Assembly (NCBI GenBank): GCA_041287865.1
Contig: JBGGMV010000066.1
Span: forward strand, 7,966-71,965
DNA from: Alphaproteobacteria bacterium
Lineage (GTDB): Bacteria; Pseudomonadota; Alphaproteobacteria; Micavibrionales; UBA2020
Length of the DNA: 64,000 nucleotides
Direction of reading: 5' to 3'
This document shows positions 47,393 through 56,383 of the stretch, piece after piece. Position numbers and translations under genes: made by a program. Numbering within the stretch: position 1 is the first letter of the stretch; each line of letters begins with the position of its first letter. The notes beneath the pieces are model-generated. The model saw nothing but the letters and a program-made list of their open reading frames with translations, was not told the origin of the DNA and ran no database searches.

Positions 47393-47395
47393 CGC

Positions 47396-49033
47396 ATGGT
47401 TGCGCTGGGCGGCGGCAAAAGGGTTCTTCTGGTCGGCGGCGAGGGCGTTGTGCTTTACGCGCCGCACGGCCGCGGCATGGAGCGCGAAACATCCATCTCG
47501 TGGGAAGTGCCCAACTTCGACCAGCAGCTGGCCGAGGCGCTTTCCGCCAAGAACCAGAGCAAGTCTGTCGTGGTGCTTTTCGACGGCACCGACCAGACCT
47601 ACCGCCGCGAGGAACTGGCCGCGAAACTTTCCATCATCGACCGCCCGAAATTCGTGAAGCGGAAACTCGAACTCGCCTTCCCGAGCTACCCGATCCGCGC
47701 CTCGCTTGAAATCAAGCCGCCCAAGAAAAAAGGCCGGCAGCCCAAGGGCGCCAAGACCGAGCTGCCCTCGTTCCTTTTCGTGGCGCTGCCCGAAACCGAG
47801 CAGCTCGACCGCATCGGCAACGCGATGTACGAGGCGGGCGTGCCCGTCGCGGGCTTCGGCCTGCTGCCGCTTGAATCGATGGGTCTCGTCAACGAGATGT
47901 CCGACAAGGTTTTTGGCGGCCGCGGCAAGAAATCGCGCTGGGCGGTGCTGGTCGGCCAGCATGAAACCGGCGGCCTGCGTCAGGTTGTGATTAAAGACGG
48001 CAACCTGGCGCTGACGCGCCTTACCCCGACGTCGGAAGCCGGCACCAGCGGCACGGGCTGGGTGGAAGAAGTCACGCGCGAATTGAAGGCAACGCTCACC
48101 TATATCTCGCGCTTCGGCTACAGCAACGACGACGGTCTCGACATCGTGGTCGTCTGCGGCGACGTGGAAAAACAGTTTTTCGACACCCGCGCCATCCCGG
48201 TCACCAATTTCCAGTGCGTCAACGTGTCGGAAGCGATGCGCCATATCGGCCTGCGTTCCTTCGGCATGGAGAAAAGCAATTTCGCCGACGCGCTGCACGC
48301 CGCCTGGGCGTCGCGCAAGACCGGGCTCAAGCTCGCGGTCAAGGTTCCCTCCATCCAGCGCATCATGGCGCCGCGCCTTGCCGCGCGCGTCGGCTCGGTG
48401 CTGCTCGCGCTCTCCATCCTCGGCCTGATGGGCTTCACCGCGCAGGGCTTCCAGGAATACCGCTCGCTCGAGGAAGAAATCGCCGGCAAGCAGAACCGCA
48501 AGACGATGCTCGACCGCGAATACGAGCAGGAGGCGAAGATCTTCGACACGCTGGCGGTCAAGCCCGATGTCGTCAAGGCCGCGCTGTCGGTCAAGAAACT
48601 GCTGGAAACCAACAGCGTCGACCTGCGCCCGATCCTGCATTCGCTGAAAAACACGCTGCCATCTGACGTTAGAATCGAGAACCTGAATATCGAGCACAAC
48701 GCCTCCAGCCACCTCAAGGTCGCCGATGCCTCCAGCGGCGCCGGGCTGTTCGGCGTGCCGGAAGAAGTCACCGACCCCGGCAAGGTGCGCATCAACCTTT
48801 CCTATTCGCTGCCGGACAACCTGATCCTCGAGCAGAAAGTGCTGCGCTCGGAAGACCTCCTGAAGAAACTGAAAACGGCCTTCCCGGGCTTCGAGGTCTC
48901 GCTGAAGAAGCAATTCGGCGGCGTGGAACGCACCGGCTCGGCCGTGGACACACTGGGTAGCCCTGCGCCGACTCCCGGCGGCGGCATGCTGGACCTGGCT
49001 GAAATCGAACTCAGGGGAGCGCCCCTCAAATGA
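47396..49033 (+). CDS. Pilus assembly protein, PilM-like cytoplasmic domain fused to a TM helix and PilN-like periplasmic domain
   Basis: 545 aa. The first ~330 aa look cytoplasmic, followed by one TM helix (VGSVLLALSILGLMGFTAQGF), a coiled coil and a periplasmic domain. It is positioned after pilC and before a PilO-like gene. Confidence 0.65.
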   Translation: MVALGGGKRVLLVGGEGVVLYAPHGRGMERETSISWEVPNFDQQLAEALSAKNQSKSVVVLFDGTDQTYRREELAAKLSIIDRPKFVKRKLELAFPSYPIRASLEIKPPKKKGRQPKGAKTELPSFLFVALPETEQLDRIGNAMYEAGVPVAGFGLLPLESMGLVNEMSDKVFGGRGKKSRWAVLVGQHETGGLRQVVIKDGNLALTRLTPTSEAGTSGTGWVEEVTRELKATLTYISRFGYSNDDGLDIVVVCGDVEKQFFDTRAIPVTNFQCVNVSEAMRHIGLRSFGMEKSNFADALHAAWASRKTGLKLAVKVPSIQRIMAPRLAARVGSVLLALSILGLMGFTAQGFQEYRSLEEEIAGKQNRKTMLDREYEQEAKIFDTLAVKPDVVKAALSVKKLLETNSVDLRPILHSLKNTLPSDVRIENLNIEHNASSHLKVADASSGAGLFGVPEEVTDPGKVRINLSYSLPDNLILEQKVLRSEDLLKKLKTAFPGFEVSLKKQFGGVERTGSAVDTLGSPAPTPGGGMLDLAEIELRGAPLK

Positions 49034-49683
49034 AACTGATCGGCCTTAAACGCGCCATCATCCTTGCCGTGCTGTTCGCCATCAACCTGGCGATCGCGGC
49101 GGTCTATTTCCTGCAGGTCATGCCGATGGCCGAGGAATCGGCGCGCAACCTCGACAACATCAACAGCCAGATCTCCGCGACCAGCCAGAAAATATCCTCG
49201 ATCAAGGCGGATCTTGAAACCTTCAAGACCACGCTGCCGCAGTTCCGCGAGCTGGAGGCCAAGGGCTTCACGCTGCCGCAGGACCGTTTCCGCATGAGCC
49301 GCGACCTCGACGCCGTGCGCCTGAAGGCCGAGCTCGGTGGCTTCAAGTTCACCATCAACGACATCCGGAAGGTCGACAACCCCGACATCGACCCGACGAC
49401 GATGCAGCTGATCTACCGCCGCATCAAGGTCGACAACGTCGAATCGCTGCTCGACACCAACTTCTTCACCTTCATCGACGCGATGCAGCGCGACTTCCCG
49501 ACGCATACCCGCTTCCAGTCGATGCAGATGCGGCGCAAGGACCCGCTGAACGGCGCCGCGCTGGCCAAGATCCAGAAAAAGGAACGCGTCGACCTGATCA
49601 CGGCCGAAGCGCAGTTCGACTGGCTGACGATCATTCCGAAGGCAACCGAAGAATCGGGCACCGGCCCGACGGGAGGCCTGTAA
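49030..49683 (+). CDS. PilO-like pilus assembly protein
   Basis: 217 aa with an N-terminal TM helix (AIILAVLFAINLAIAAVYFL), a coiled coil and a C-terminal domain. It has a 4-nt overlap with the upstream gene. Confidence 0.6.
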   Translation: MKLIGLKRAIILAVLFAINLAIAAVYFLQVMPMAEESARNLDNINSQISATSQKISSIKADLETFKTTLPQFRELEAKGFTLPQDRFRMSRDLDAVRLKAELGGFKFTINDIRKVDNPDIDPTTMQLIYRRIKVDNVESLLDTNFFTFIDAMQRDFPTHTRFQSMQMRRKDPLNGAALAKIQKKERVDLITAEAQFDWLTIIPKATEESGTGPTGGL

Positions 49684-49684
49684 G

Positions 49685-50443
49685 ATGAAGGCCGCCGCCC
49701 CGAAGCCGACCGCCACGAAATACGGCTGGATCATCGCCGCCGCCTGCCTTGCCGTGCTGGGCCTGTCGCCCGTGGCGCGCGCGCAGCTGGGCGATGTCGG
49801 CATTGCTTCCGGCGCCGCCGGCATGATGAACAACAACCCGATTGCGCAGGGCGCGCAGCAGACGCAGGCTGCCGCGGCGCTTGCCGCCGGCCAGCCCGCT
49901 GCCGCAGTTGCGCCCGGCACGCCGCCGGCTGCGGCTGCTCCGGCAGGAGCGCCTGCTGCCGCAGCGCCCGCAGGGGCACCCGTCGCCGCAGCAGCGCCGG
50001 CAACAGCCGCTGCCGCGATGTCCGTGCCGGCGCCCGAGGCACCGGCGGTCACCGACCTGAAATCGCCTTTCGTGCAGTCGCTTTTCTTCTCGCCGCAGGA
50101 CATCATTGCGATCAAGAAAGCTTCCGAAACGCGCGGACCGATCGACACCACAGGCGGTGTGCAGACGCAGACGCCCGTGATCCCGATGAACCGCTACATT
50201 GCCGTTTCCGGCATCAGCTATAAATCGCCCGACAACTGGGTGGTCTGGATCAACGGCCGCAAGGTCGTCAAGGGCGGCGAAGGCGTGCTGAAGGAACTGG
50301 TCGAGATCAAGCCGCAGAAAGATTACGTCGACCTGCTCTGGTTCGATATCGGCCTCAACGGCACGATCAAGATCAAGATGCGCCCCAACCAGACCTATTA
50401 TATAGTGCCGGGCCTGCTCCTGCCGGGGGTTGCACACGAATGA
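49685..50443 (+). CDS. PilP-like / unknown periplasmic pilus component with Ala/Pro-rich linker
   Basis: 252 aa with a signal/TM segment (WIIAAACLAVLGLSPVARA), a long A/P-rich region and a small C-terminal beta-rich domain. Confidence 0.55.
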   Translation: MKAAAPKPTATKYGWIIAAACLAVLGLSPVARAQLGDVGIASGAAGMMNNNPIAQGAQQTQAAAALAAGQPAAAVAPGTPPAAAAPAGAPAAAAPAGAPVAAAAPATAAAAMSVPAPEAPAVTDLKSPFVQSLFFSPQDIIAIKKASETRGPIDTTGGVQTQTPVIPMNRYIAVSGISYKSPDNWVVWINGRKVVKGGEGVLKELVEIKPQKDYVDLLWFDIGLNGTIKIKMRPNQTYYIVPGLLLPGVAHE

Positions 50444-51210
50444 CGGCACTCGCCCAGACCATGCCCGATCCCGCCATTCCGGCGGTGAGCATCAAGCAGG
50501 TATCCGCCGGCTACAAGCACGGCATGGTGATCGAGGACATCGATTTCGAGGTCAGGCAGGGCGAAACCTTCGGCCTGATCGGGCTGAACGGCGTCGGCAA
50601 GACGACGCTCATCAAGATCATGCTGGGCCTGATGGAGGCCAAGAAGGGTTCGGTCGAGATTTTCGGCGGCAAGTCGCTGGACGCCGCCACCAAGAAAAAA
50701 ATCGCCTACCTGCCCGAAAAATTCGAGCCGCCGCCGTTCCTGTCGGCGCTCGAATTCGTCAAATTCTCGCTCGACCTCTACAAGCAGCCTTTCTCGGAAG
50801 AAGCGGTGATGAAAGCCGCTGACCGTGTGTCGCTGACGCGCGCCGCGGTCAAGCGCCGCGTGTCGACCTATTCGAAAGGCATGCGCCAGAAGACGGGGCT
50901 GATCGGCACCTGGCTGACCGGCTGCCCGCTGCTGATACTGGACGAGCCGATGAGCGGCCTCGATCCTCTCGCCCGCGTGCTGGTGAAGGACGAGATCGCC
51001 GCCTGCCGCAAGGCCGGCATGACCGTTTTTTTATCGTCGCACATCCTCGCCGACATGGACGAAATTTGCGACCGCATCGCCGTCATCCACGACGGCCGCC
51101 TGCGCTTCACCGGCACGCCTGCCGAGCTGAAGGCGCAGACGAAGCAGGAATACCTCGAGCGGGCATTCCTGAAAACAATCGAAGGTTCAACAAGGGTCTA
51201 TGAATCATGA
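50440..51210 (+). CDS. ABC transporter ATP-binding protein embedded in the pilus operon
   Basis: Has Walker A (GLNGVGKTT), the signature YSKGMRQ and Walker B (LLILDEPMSGLD). It has 4-nt overlaps with both neighbouring genes. Confidence 0.88.
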   Translation: MTALAQTMPDPAIPAVSIKQVSAGYKHGMVIEDIDFEVRQGETFGLIGLNGVGKTTLIKIMLGLMEAKKGSVEIFGGKSLDAATKKKIAYLPEKFEPPPFLSALEFVKFSLDLYKQPFSEEAVMKAADRVSLTRAAVKRRVSTYSKGMRQKTGLIGTWLTGCPLLILDEPMSGLDPLARVLVKDEIAACRKAGMTVFLSSHILADMDEICDRIAVIHDGRLRFTGTPAELKAQTKQEYLERAFLKTIEGSTRVYES

Positions 51211-52955
51211 CAAATAACGATGACAACCTCGATGAAGGTTTCGAAGACCTCGACGCCGCGGCGGACGCCCCCCCCGGTGACGAACCCGTTCCCGGTGAAG
51301 AAGGCGGCGATGCGCTGGCCGCGCCCACGCGCAGGATGACCTCCGGCGGGGGCTCCAGGAAAAACCTCTTTATCCTGCTGGGCCTTGTCGGCGTTCTCGC
51401 CGTTGGCGGCGGCGGCGCTTATATGTTCCTGATGGGAGGCGATGATCTTGCGCCCGCAACGCCTGTCGCGGCCGTGCCGGCCGCCGCGCCTGCAACCGAA
51501 GCGACTTTCGCAGCGCCCACCGACCCCAATGCCACGCCGCTCGTCGATCCGCTGGCGACTGCGCCCGCGCCCGGCAACCTGTCTGACACGCGTCCCGATG
51601 CCATGGCCACGGCACCGGGCGCCATTCCCGGCATGGACGCCGCCCCCGCGACCGATCCCGCCGCTGTCGCGGTTGTTGATCCCGCTGCTCCCGCTGCTCC
51701 CGCAGCTCCCGCAGCGACTGATCCTGCCGCTGCTGTCGCCGTCGTTGATTCTGCTACCGTTGCGGTTGTCGATCCTGCCGCCACGCCGCCGGTTGATACC
51801 GCGACCGCGACGACGACCGTCACGACAACAGTCGAAACCGCCGCGAACCCCGCCGTCGACCCTGCCACTGTGCCGCCGGCTGACGCCGCTGCGCCGCCGG
51901 TAGATACGGCAGCTGCGCCGCCCGCCGATCTCGGCGCGCCGCCGGCAGAAGAAAATATAGCTGTGCCGCTCAACGCGGTGCCGCCGGCTGACGTTGCCGC
52001 CGTGCCCGCCGACCCGGCGACAACCGCGCCGGTCACGCCCGCGCCCGGCGAACAGCAGCCCGACCTGCCCATGCCCGAACAGGCGCAGGTGCCCGCGACG
52101 ACGACCACCACCACGGTCACCACCACCGTCACGCAGCCCACCGGCACGCCTGTCACGCCCGCCACGGGCGGCCCCAGCGCGGCCGAACTGGCCATCACGC
52201 AGAACGCCGCAATCCTCGACCAGCTGGCGCAGCCCGGCACGTCAACGCGGCCCTTCGATCCCGCCGCGCCCACGCCCAGCCAGACCAATGCGATCAAGGA
52301 AGTGGACAAGCTGCTGCAGCAGGAAGCCATCATCCGTCCGCTGCCGCCCTCGTGGCTGCAGGTCAGCAAGAACCGCGACGCGGGCGACATGGACAGCCGC
52401 CTCACCGCCGCGCGCTCCGCGCTGGCGCAGAACCGCAACTCCGCCGCCCTGCAGCTCTTCACCGAGCTGAGCAGCAAATACCCGAAGGATACCCGCATCC
52501 TGATGGGCCGCGCCGTGGCGCTGCAGAAACTGGGACAAAACGAGGAAGCGCTGGGCGCCTACGAAGCCGTGCTGATCGCCAATCCCAAGAACCTGGAAGC
52601 GCTGACCAACATGCTGGGCCTGCTGAAAGGCAAGGATCCGCAGCTGGCCGTCTCCAAGCTGACCGAGCTGCATGAAACCTATCCCTACCAGGCCGATATC
52701 ACGGCGCAGCTGGGCGTCGCCCACGGGCAGGCCGGCGAATACGAACAGGCGCTCCGCTATCTCGACATGGCCGAGGCGATGGACCCCGGCAGCGCGTACA
52801 TCCTCTATAACAAGGCCGTGCTGCACGACAAAATGGGCCATTCCGCGCAGGCGGGCGACCTGTACCGCCAGCTGATCCGCATGGCGGCCGACGGCTCGCT
52901 CGACGAAAACCTGCCGCTCGAGCACATCAAGAGACGCCTGACAGTCCTGCGCTAG
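51207..52955 (+). CDS. TPR-repeat pilus-associated protein with long Ala/Pro/Thr/Val low-complexity region
   Basis: 582 aa. It has an acidic N-terminus, one TM helix (LFILLGLVGVLAVGGGGAYMFLM), a low-complexity stretch of about 270 aa (VVDPAA repeats and TTTVTTTV twice) and C-terminal TPRs (ALQLF.., EEALGAYEAVL.., YEQALRYLDMA..). Confidence 0.8.
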   Translation: MTNNDDNLDEGFEDLDAAADAPPGDEPVPGEEGGDALAAPTRRMTSGGGSRKNLFILLGLVGVLAVGGGGAYMFLMGGDDLAPATPVAAVPAAAPATEATFAAPTDPNATPLVDPLATAPAPGNLSDTRPDAMATAPGAIPGMDAAPATDPAAVAVVDPAAPAAPAAPAATDPAAAVAVVDSATVAVVDPAATPPVDTATATTTVTTTVETAANPAVDPATVPPADAAAPPVDTAAAPPADLGAPPAEENIAVPLNAVPPADVAAVPADPATTAPVTPAPGEQQPDLPMPEQAQVPATTTTTTVTTTVTQPTGTPVTPATGGPSAAELAITQNAAILDQLAQPGTSTRPFDPAAPTPSQTNAIKEVDKLLQQEAIIRPLPPSWLQVSKNRDAGDMDSRLTAARSALAQNRNSAALQLFTELSSKYPKDTRILMGRAVALQKLGQNEEALGAYEAVLIANPKNLEALTNMLGLLKGKDPQLAVSKLTELHETYPYQADITAQLGVAHGQAGEYEQALRYLDMAEAMDPGSAYILYNKAVLHDKMGHSAQAGDLYRQLIRMAADGSLDENLPLEHIKRRLTVLR

Positions 52956-52959
52956 GCCC

Positions 52960-53772
52960 ATGGAGAGCGGGGCCGAAGGACTGCCGGCGATTTTCTCCAT
53001 CATCAGCGTCATCCTGCTGGGCCTCTGCCTTGGCAGTTTCGCCAGCGCGATGTCGTGGCGCCTGCCACGCGGCATTTCATTCGTCACCGAAAGATCCCAA
53101 TGCCCCTCGTGCCGCGCCACGCTCGGCGTCGTTGACCTTGTGCCGGTTTTTTCGTGGCTTTTCCTGGGGGGCAAATGCCGCCGCTGCAAGGCGCCGATCG
53201 GCTGGCGCTATCCGCTGATCGAGCTGTCGACGCTGCTGCTCTGCCTTCTCTTCCTCTGGCGCTTTCATTTTTCGCCGGCGTTGTTTCCGCTGCTGCTGCT
53301 GGCGCCGGTGATCGTCAGCATCATCGACATCGACCTGCACCACAAAATCATTCCCGACGGGCTGAACGCCTCGGTCGCACTTTTCGGCTTCATGGCGCTG
53401 GCGCTGGCCGCCGTCGATTCGGGCAACCCGCCGGCCTATCTCAGCGACAAGGGGCTCATAGCTTTGGCGGGCGCGCTGCTCTATGGGCTGGGTTCGCTTG
53501 CTTTACGATACGGGATGATGCTGGCGCTGAAGAAAGATCCGCTCGGTCTGGGCGATGTTAAGTTCTTTGCGGCGGCGGGCTTCTGGTTCGGCCTCAGCCC
53601 CGATGCGCTGGCCGCTTTTATGCTGATTTCGGGCCTGATGGCGGTCTTTTTGGCGCTTCTGTGGCGCAAGGTGAAAAAGGAACTGGAGTTCCCCTTCGGC
53701 CCCGCGCTGGTGCTGGCGTTCCTGCTTGTCCTGCTGGTACACCCGCCTGAATTCCTGACAGTATATTTTTAA
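52960..53772 (+). CDS. pilD: Prepilin peptidase / N-methyltransferase (A24 family)
   Basis: Has CPSC...CRRC zinc-type cysteines and catalytic Asp contexts (IIDIDLHHKIIPD, GLGDVKF). Confidence 0.9.
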   Translation: MESGAEGLPAIFSIISVILLGLCLGSFASAMSWRLPRGISFVTERSQCPSCRATLGVVDLVPVFSWLFLGGKCRRCKAPIGWRYPLIELSTLLLCLLFLWRFHFSPALFPLLLLAPVIVSIIDIDLHHKIIPDGLNASVALFGFMALALAAVDSGNPPAYLSDKGLIALAGALLYGLGSLALRYGMMLALKKDPLGLGDVKFFAAAGFWFGLSPDALAAFMLISGLMAVFLALLWRKVKKELEFPFGPALVLAFLLVLLVHPPEFLTVYF

Positions 53773-53820
53773 ATATGTAAACGCAGATTTACCGTTTTTT
53801 CAATCAAAATAGGCTATCTT

Positions 53821-53837
53821 TATAAGGTACTGCAGGG
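53821..53837 (+). promoter_or_regulatory. Cluster cis-motif copy (TATAAGGTACTGCAGGG)
   Basis: This is the first of two copies in the pilD-pilT intergenic region, 61 bp upstream of the second. Confidence 0.5.
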
Positions 53838-53881
53838 AGTACAGGCGTTCATTTAAAAACCGTTACGCCCCTGACAGAGAT

Positions 53882-53899
53882 TATAAGGTGTGTGCAGGG
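53882..53899 (+). promoter_or_regulatory. Cluster cis-motif copy (TATAAGGTGTGTGCAGGG), upstream of pilT
   Basis: It lies 44 nt before the pilT GTG. With its flanks, GATTATAAGGTGTGTGCAGGGCTC closely parallels the copy upstream of the secretin gene. Confidence 0.55.
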
Positions 53900-53942
53900 C
53901 TCTGATCAAAGCGCTCTGGGGTAATCGAGGGGGAATAAAGCC

Positions 53943-55175
53943 GTGGAAATCACCGAGCTGTTAAAATTCACGCTGGAGAACAAGGCGTCAGACTTGCACC
54001 TGAGCTCCAACAACCAGCCGATCGTGCGCATCGACGGCGACCTGCAGCGCATCAAGACCGATATGCTGACCAGCGACATCATCCGCACCATGCTCTTCGC
54101 GGTCATGACCGAAGACCAGCGCGCGATTTACGAACGCGAGCTCGAGCACGACTTCGCCATCTCGCTCGGCACCGACGCGCGTTTCCGTGTCAACGCTTTC
54201 ACCAACCGCGGCGGCGCTGCCGCCGTCTTCCGGGTGATTCCGACCAAGATTCCGACGATGGAGCAGCTCGATCTTCCGCCCGTCATGCGCCGCCTGGCCG
54301 AACTTGAAAAGGGCCTCGTGCTCGTCACCGGCCACACCGGCTCGGGTAAATCGACGACGCTGGCGTCCATGATCAACCACATCAACGCGACATACCCCTA
54401 TCACATCCTGACGGTCGAAGACCCGGTGGAATTCTTCCACCCCTCGAAAACCTCGCTCGTCAACCACCGCGAGGTCGGCAACGACACAAGATCATTCGCC
54501 CGCGCGCTCAAATCCGCGCTCCGCGAAGACCCCGACGTCATTCTGGTGGGGGAGATGCGCGACCATGAAACGATCTCTCTCGCGCTGACCGCCGCCGAAA
54601 CGGGCCACTTGGTCTTCGGCACCCTGCACTCGAACACCGCTTCCAAAACAATCGACCGTATCATCGACGTGTTCCCGGCCGCGGAAAAAGAGATGGTGCG
54701 CGCCATGTTGTCCTCCTCGATCCAGGGCGTTATCGCGCAGGCGCTCCTTAGAAAAGAAGGCGGCGGCCGCGTCGCCGCTCACGAGATCATGGTGGGCACG
54801 AACGCCGTGCGAAACCTGATCCGCGAAAACCAGCTGGCCCAGTTATACTCGATGATCCAGACCGGCTCCCGCTACGGGATGCAGACGATGGAAGACTCGG
54901 TGAACGACCTTGTCGTGACGGGCGCGATTTCCGAACAAACCGCGCATGACGCGACCAAGGACGCGACCGAAGACATGGCGGAAGCCAACGAAGGCATCCA
55001 GGGCGGCAACGCGCCCGCGAAGGGCAAGCCCATGGTCAAGGCCCCGCCGCCCAAGGCGGTCGCGCCGCCGAAACCGGTTCCCGGCAAGCCCGCAGCAGCG
55101 CCGCCGAAACCGGCCGAAGCGCCGCCGGCTGAAGGCGAAGAAGGCAAAGCTGAAGGCGGAGGATATTCCTTTTGA
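53943..55175 (+). CDS. pilT: Twitching-motility retraction ATPase PilT with Pro/Ala/Lys-rich C-terminal extension
   Basis: GTG start. It reads MEITELLKFTLENKASDLHL, has Walker A (GHTGSGKSTT) and the AVRNLIRE motif, and carries a tail of about 65 aa (KAPPPKAVAPPKPVPGKPAAAPPKPAEAPP). Confidence 0.9.
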   Translation: MEITELLKFTLENKASDLHLSSNNQPIVRIDGDLQRIKTDMLTSDIIRTMLFAVMTEDQRAIYERELEHDFAISLGTDARFRVNAFTNRGGAAAVFRVIPTKIPTMEQLDLPPVMRRLAELEKGLVLVTGHTGSGKSTTLASMINHINATYPYHILTVEDPVEFFHPSKTSLVNHREVGNDTRSFARALKSALREDPDVILVGEMRDHETISLALTAAETGHLVFGTLHSNTASKTIDRIIDVFPAAEKEMVRAMLSSSIQGVIAQALLRKEGGGRVAAHEIMVGTNAVRNLIRENQLAQLYSMIQTGSRYGMQTMEDSVNDLVVTGAISEQTAHDATKDATEDMAEANEGIQGGNAPAKGKPMVKAPPPKAVAPPKPVPGKPAAAPPKPAEAPPAEGEEGKAEGGGYSF

Positions 55176-56296
55176 GCGGAGTCGCGATCTACGCATACCT
55201 GAACGAGATGATAAAGCAGTCGGCCACCGACCTTTATATTACCTGTGGCGTGCCGCCGACATTGCGCGTCGACAACGAATTGCACCCGCTGGGCGACCAG
55301 CAATTGCAGGAAGACGACGTGCAGGCGATGCTGAACGAGGTCCTGACCTCGCGCCAGCGCCGCGAATTCGACGCCAACATGGAACTGAACCTCGCCTTCG
55401 ACATGGGCAAGGAAGGCCGTTTCCGCGTGAACGTCATGCGCCAGCGCCAGCATACCGGGATGGTCATCCGCCGCATCACCAGCGAAATTCCGTCGTTTGA
55501 AAAACTGCGCCTGCCCAAGATCATGGAAAAACTCGCGCTTGAAAAACGCGGGCTCATCATGCTGACCGGCGTGACCTCGTCGGGTAAATCGACCTCTCTC
55601 GCCGCGATGATCGACTACCGCAACCAGACGGTGGGCGGCCACATCATCACCATCGAAGACCCGATCGAGTATTATCACGAGCATAAAAAAGGCGTGATCA
55701 CCCAGCGCGAGATCGGTATCGACACGACGTCCTATGCGATTGCGCTGAAAAACGCGCTGCGCCAGAAGCCCGACGTTATTCTGGTGGGCGAGGTGAGGGA
55801 TCCCGAGGTGATGGAGCAGACCATCACGGCCGCCGAAACCGGCCACTTGTGCCTTGCGACCATTCACACCAACAACGCGCCGCAGGCGATCGAGCGCATC
55901 ATCAACTTCTTCCCCGAAGACCGGCAGCAGCAGATCCGCATCGCGCTGTCGATGAACCTGAAGGCCATCGTCTCGCAGCGCCTGATCCGCACGATCAAGG
56001 GCGACATGGTTGTGGCGCTGGAAATCCTGCTCAACGAAGCGCTCATCAAGGAGCTGATTCTGAAGGGCGAGACGACAAAGATTAAGGAAATCATGATCTC
56101 GAGCGGACAGGCCTCCGGCATGATCACCTTCGACCAGTCGATCCTCAAATTATACGTTGACGGGCTCATTTCCGAGCAGACCGCCGTCGCCGAAGCCGAC
56201 ATTCAGGCGGATATGAAAATGAAGATCAAGAATATCAACCTGAGCGACAAGTCCCGCGGTTCGTCCAGCGTTGACACCTCCAAACTCTCCCTGTAA
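55172..56296 (+). CDS. pilU: PilT-family ATPase, PilU-like
   Basis: TTG start overlapping the pilT stop. It has Walker A (GVTSSGKSTS) and lacks the AIRNLIRE motif, as PilU proteins do. Confidence 0.85.
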   Translation: MSGVAIYAYLNEMIKQSATDLYITCGVPPTLRVDNELHPLGDQQLQEDDVQAMLNEVLTSRQRREFDANMELNLAFDMGKEGRFRVNVMRQRQHTGMVIRRITSEIPSFEKLRLPKIMEKLALEKRGLIMLTGVTSSGKSTSLAAMIDYRNQTVGGHIITIEDPIEYYHEHKKGVITQREIGIDTTSYAIALKNALRQKPDVILVGEVRDPEVMEQTITAAETGHLCLATIHTNNAPQAIERIINFFPEDRQQQIRIALSMNLKAIVSQRLIRTIKGDMVVALEILLNEALIKELILKGETTKIKEIMISSGQASGMITFDQSILKLYVDGLISEQTAVAEADIQADMKMKIKNINLSDKSRGSSSVDTSKLSL

Positions 56297-56308
56297 CAAT
56301 TGTTTGAT

Positions 56309-56328
56309 TATAAAGGTATAAAGCAGGG
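56309..56328 (+). promoter_or_regulatory. Cluster cis-motif copy (TATAAAGGTATAAAGCAGGG), upstream of the secretin gene
   Basis: GATTATAAAGGTATAAAGCAGGGCTC. The 3' part forms the hairpin cagggc/gccctg (56324-56341). It lies 56 nt before ATG 56384. Confidence 0.5.
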
Positions 56329-56383
56329 CTCGCGCGCCCTGTTTAGACATAACTTTTTTGGGAAAGTCGGGGCCTTCAAGATC

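Noticed and set aside
46430-48913. Very long antisense ORFs, for example 827 aa at 46430-48913, 564 aa at 56393-58087, 477 aa at 788-2221, 449 aa at 48802-50151 and 447 aa at 59786-61129.
   Set aside because: They sit opposite genes with clear family signatures (pilC, secretin, pheS and others). Their translations are Arg/Ala/Gly/His-rich and of low information, which is typical of stop-poor shadow frames in GC-rich DNA.
51419-52498. 359-aa minus-strand ORF, rich in Ala, Gly, Ser, Thr and Val, opposite the TPR protein gene.
   Set aside because: It is the mirror image of the low-complexity Ala/Pro/Thr-coding region on the plus strand. The plus-strand frame continues into genuine TPR repeats and is coupled to its neighbours.
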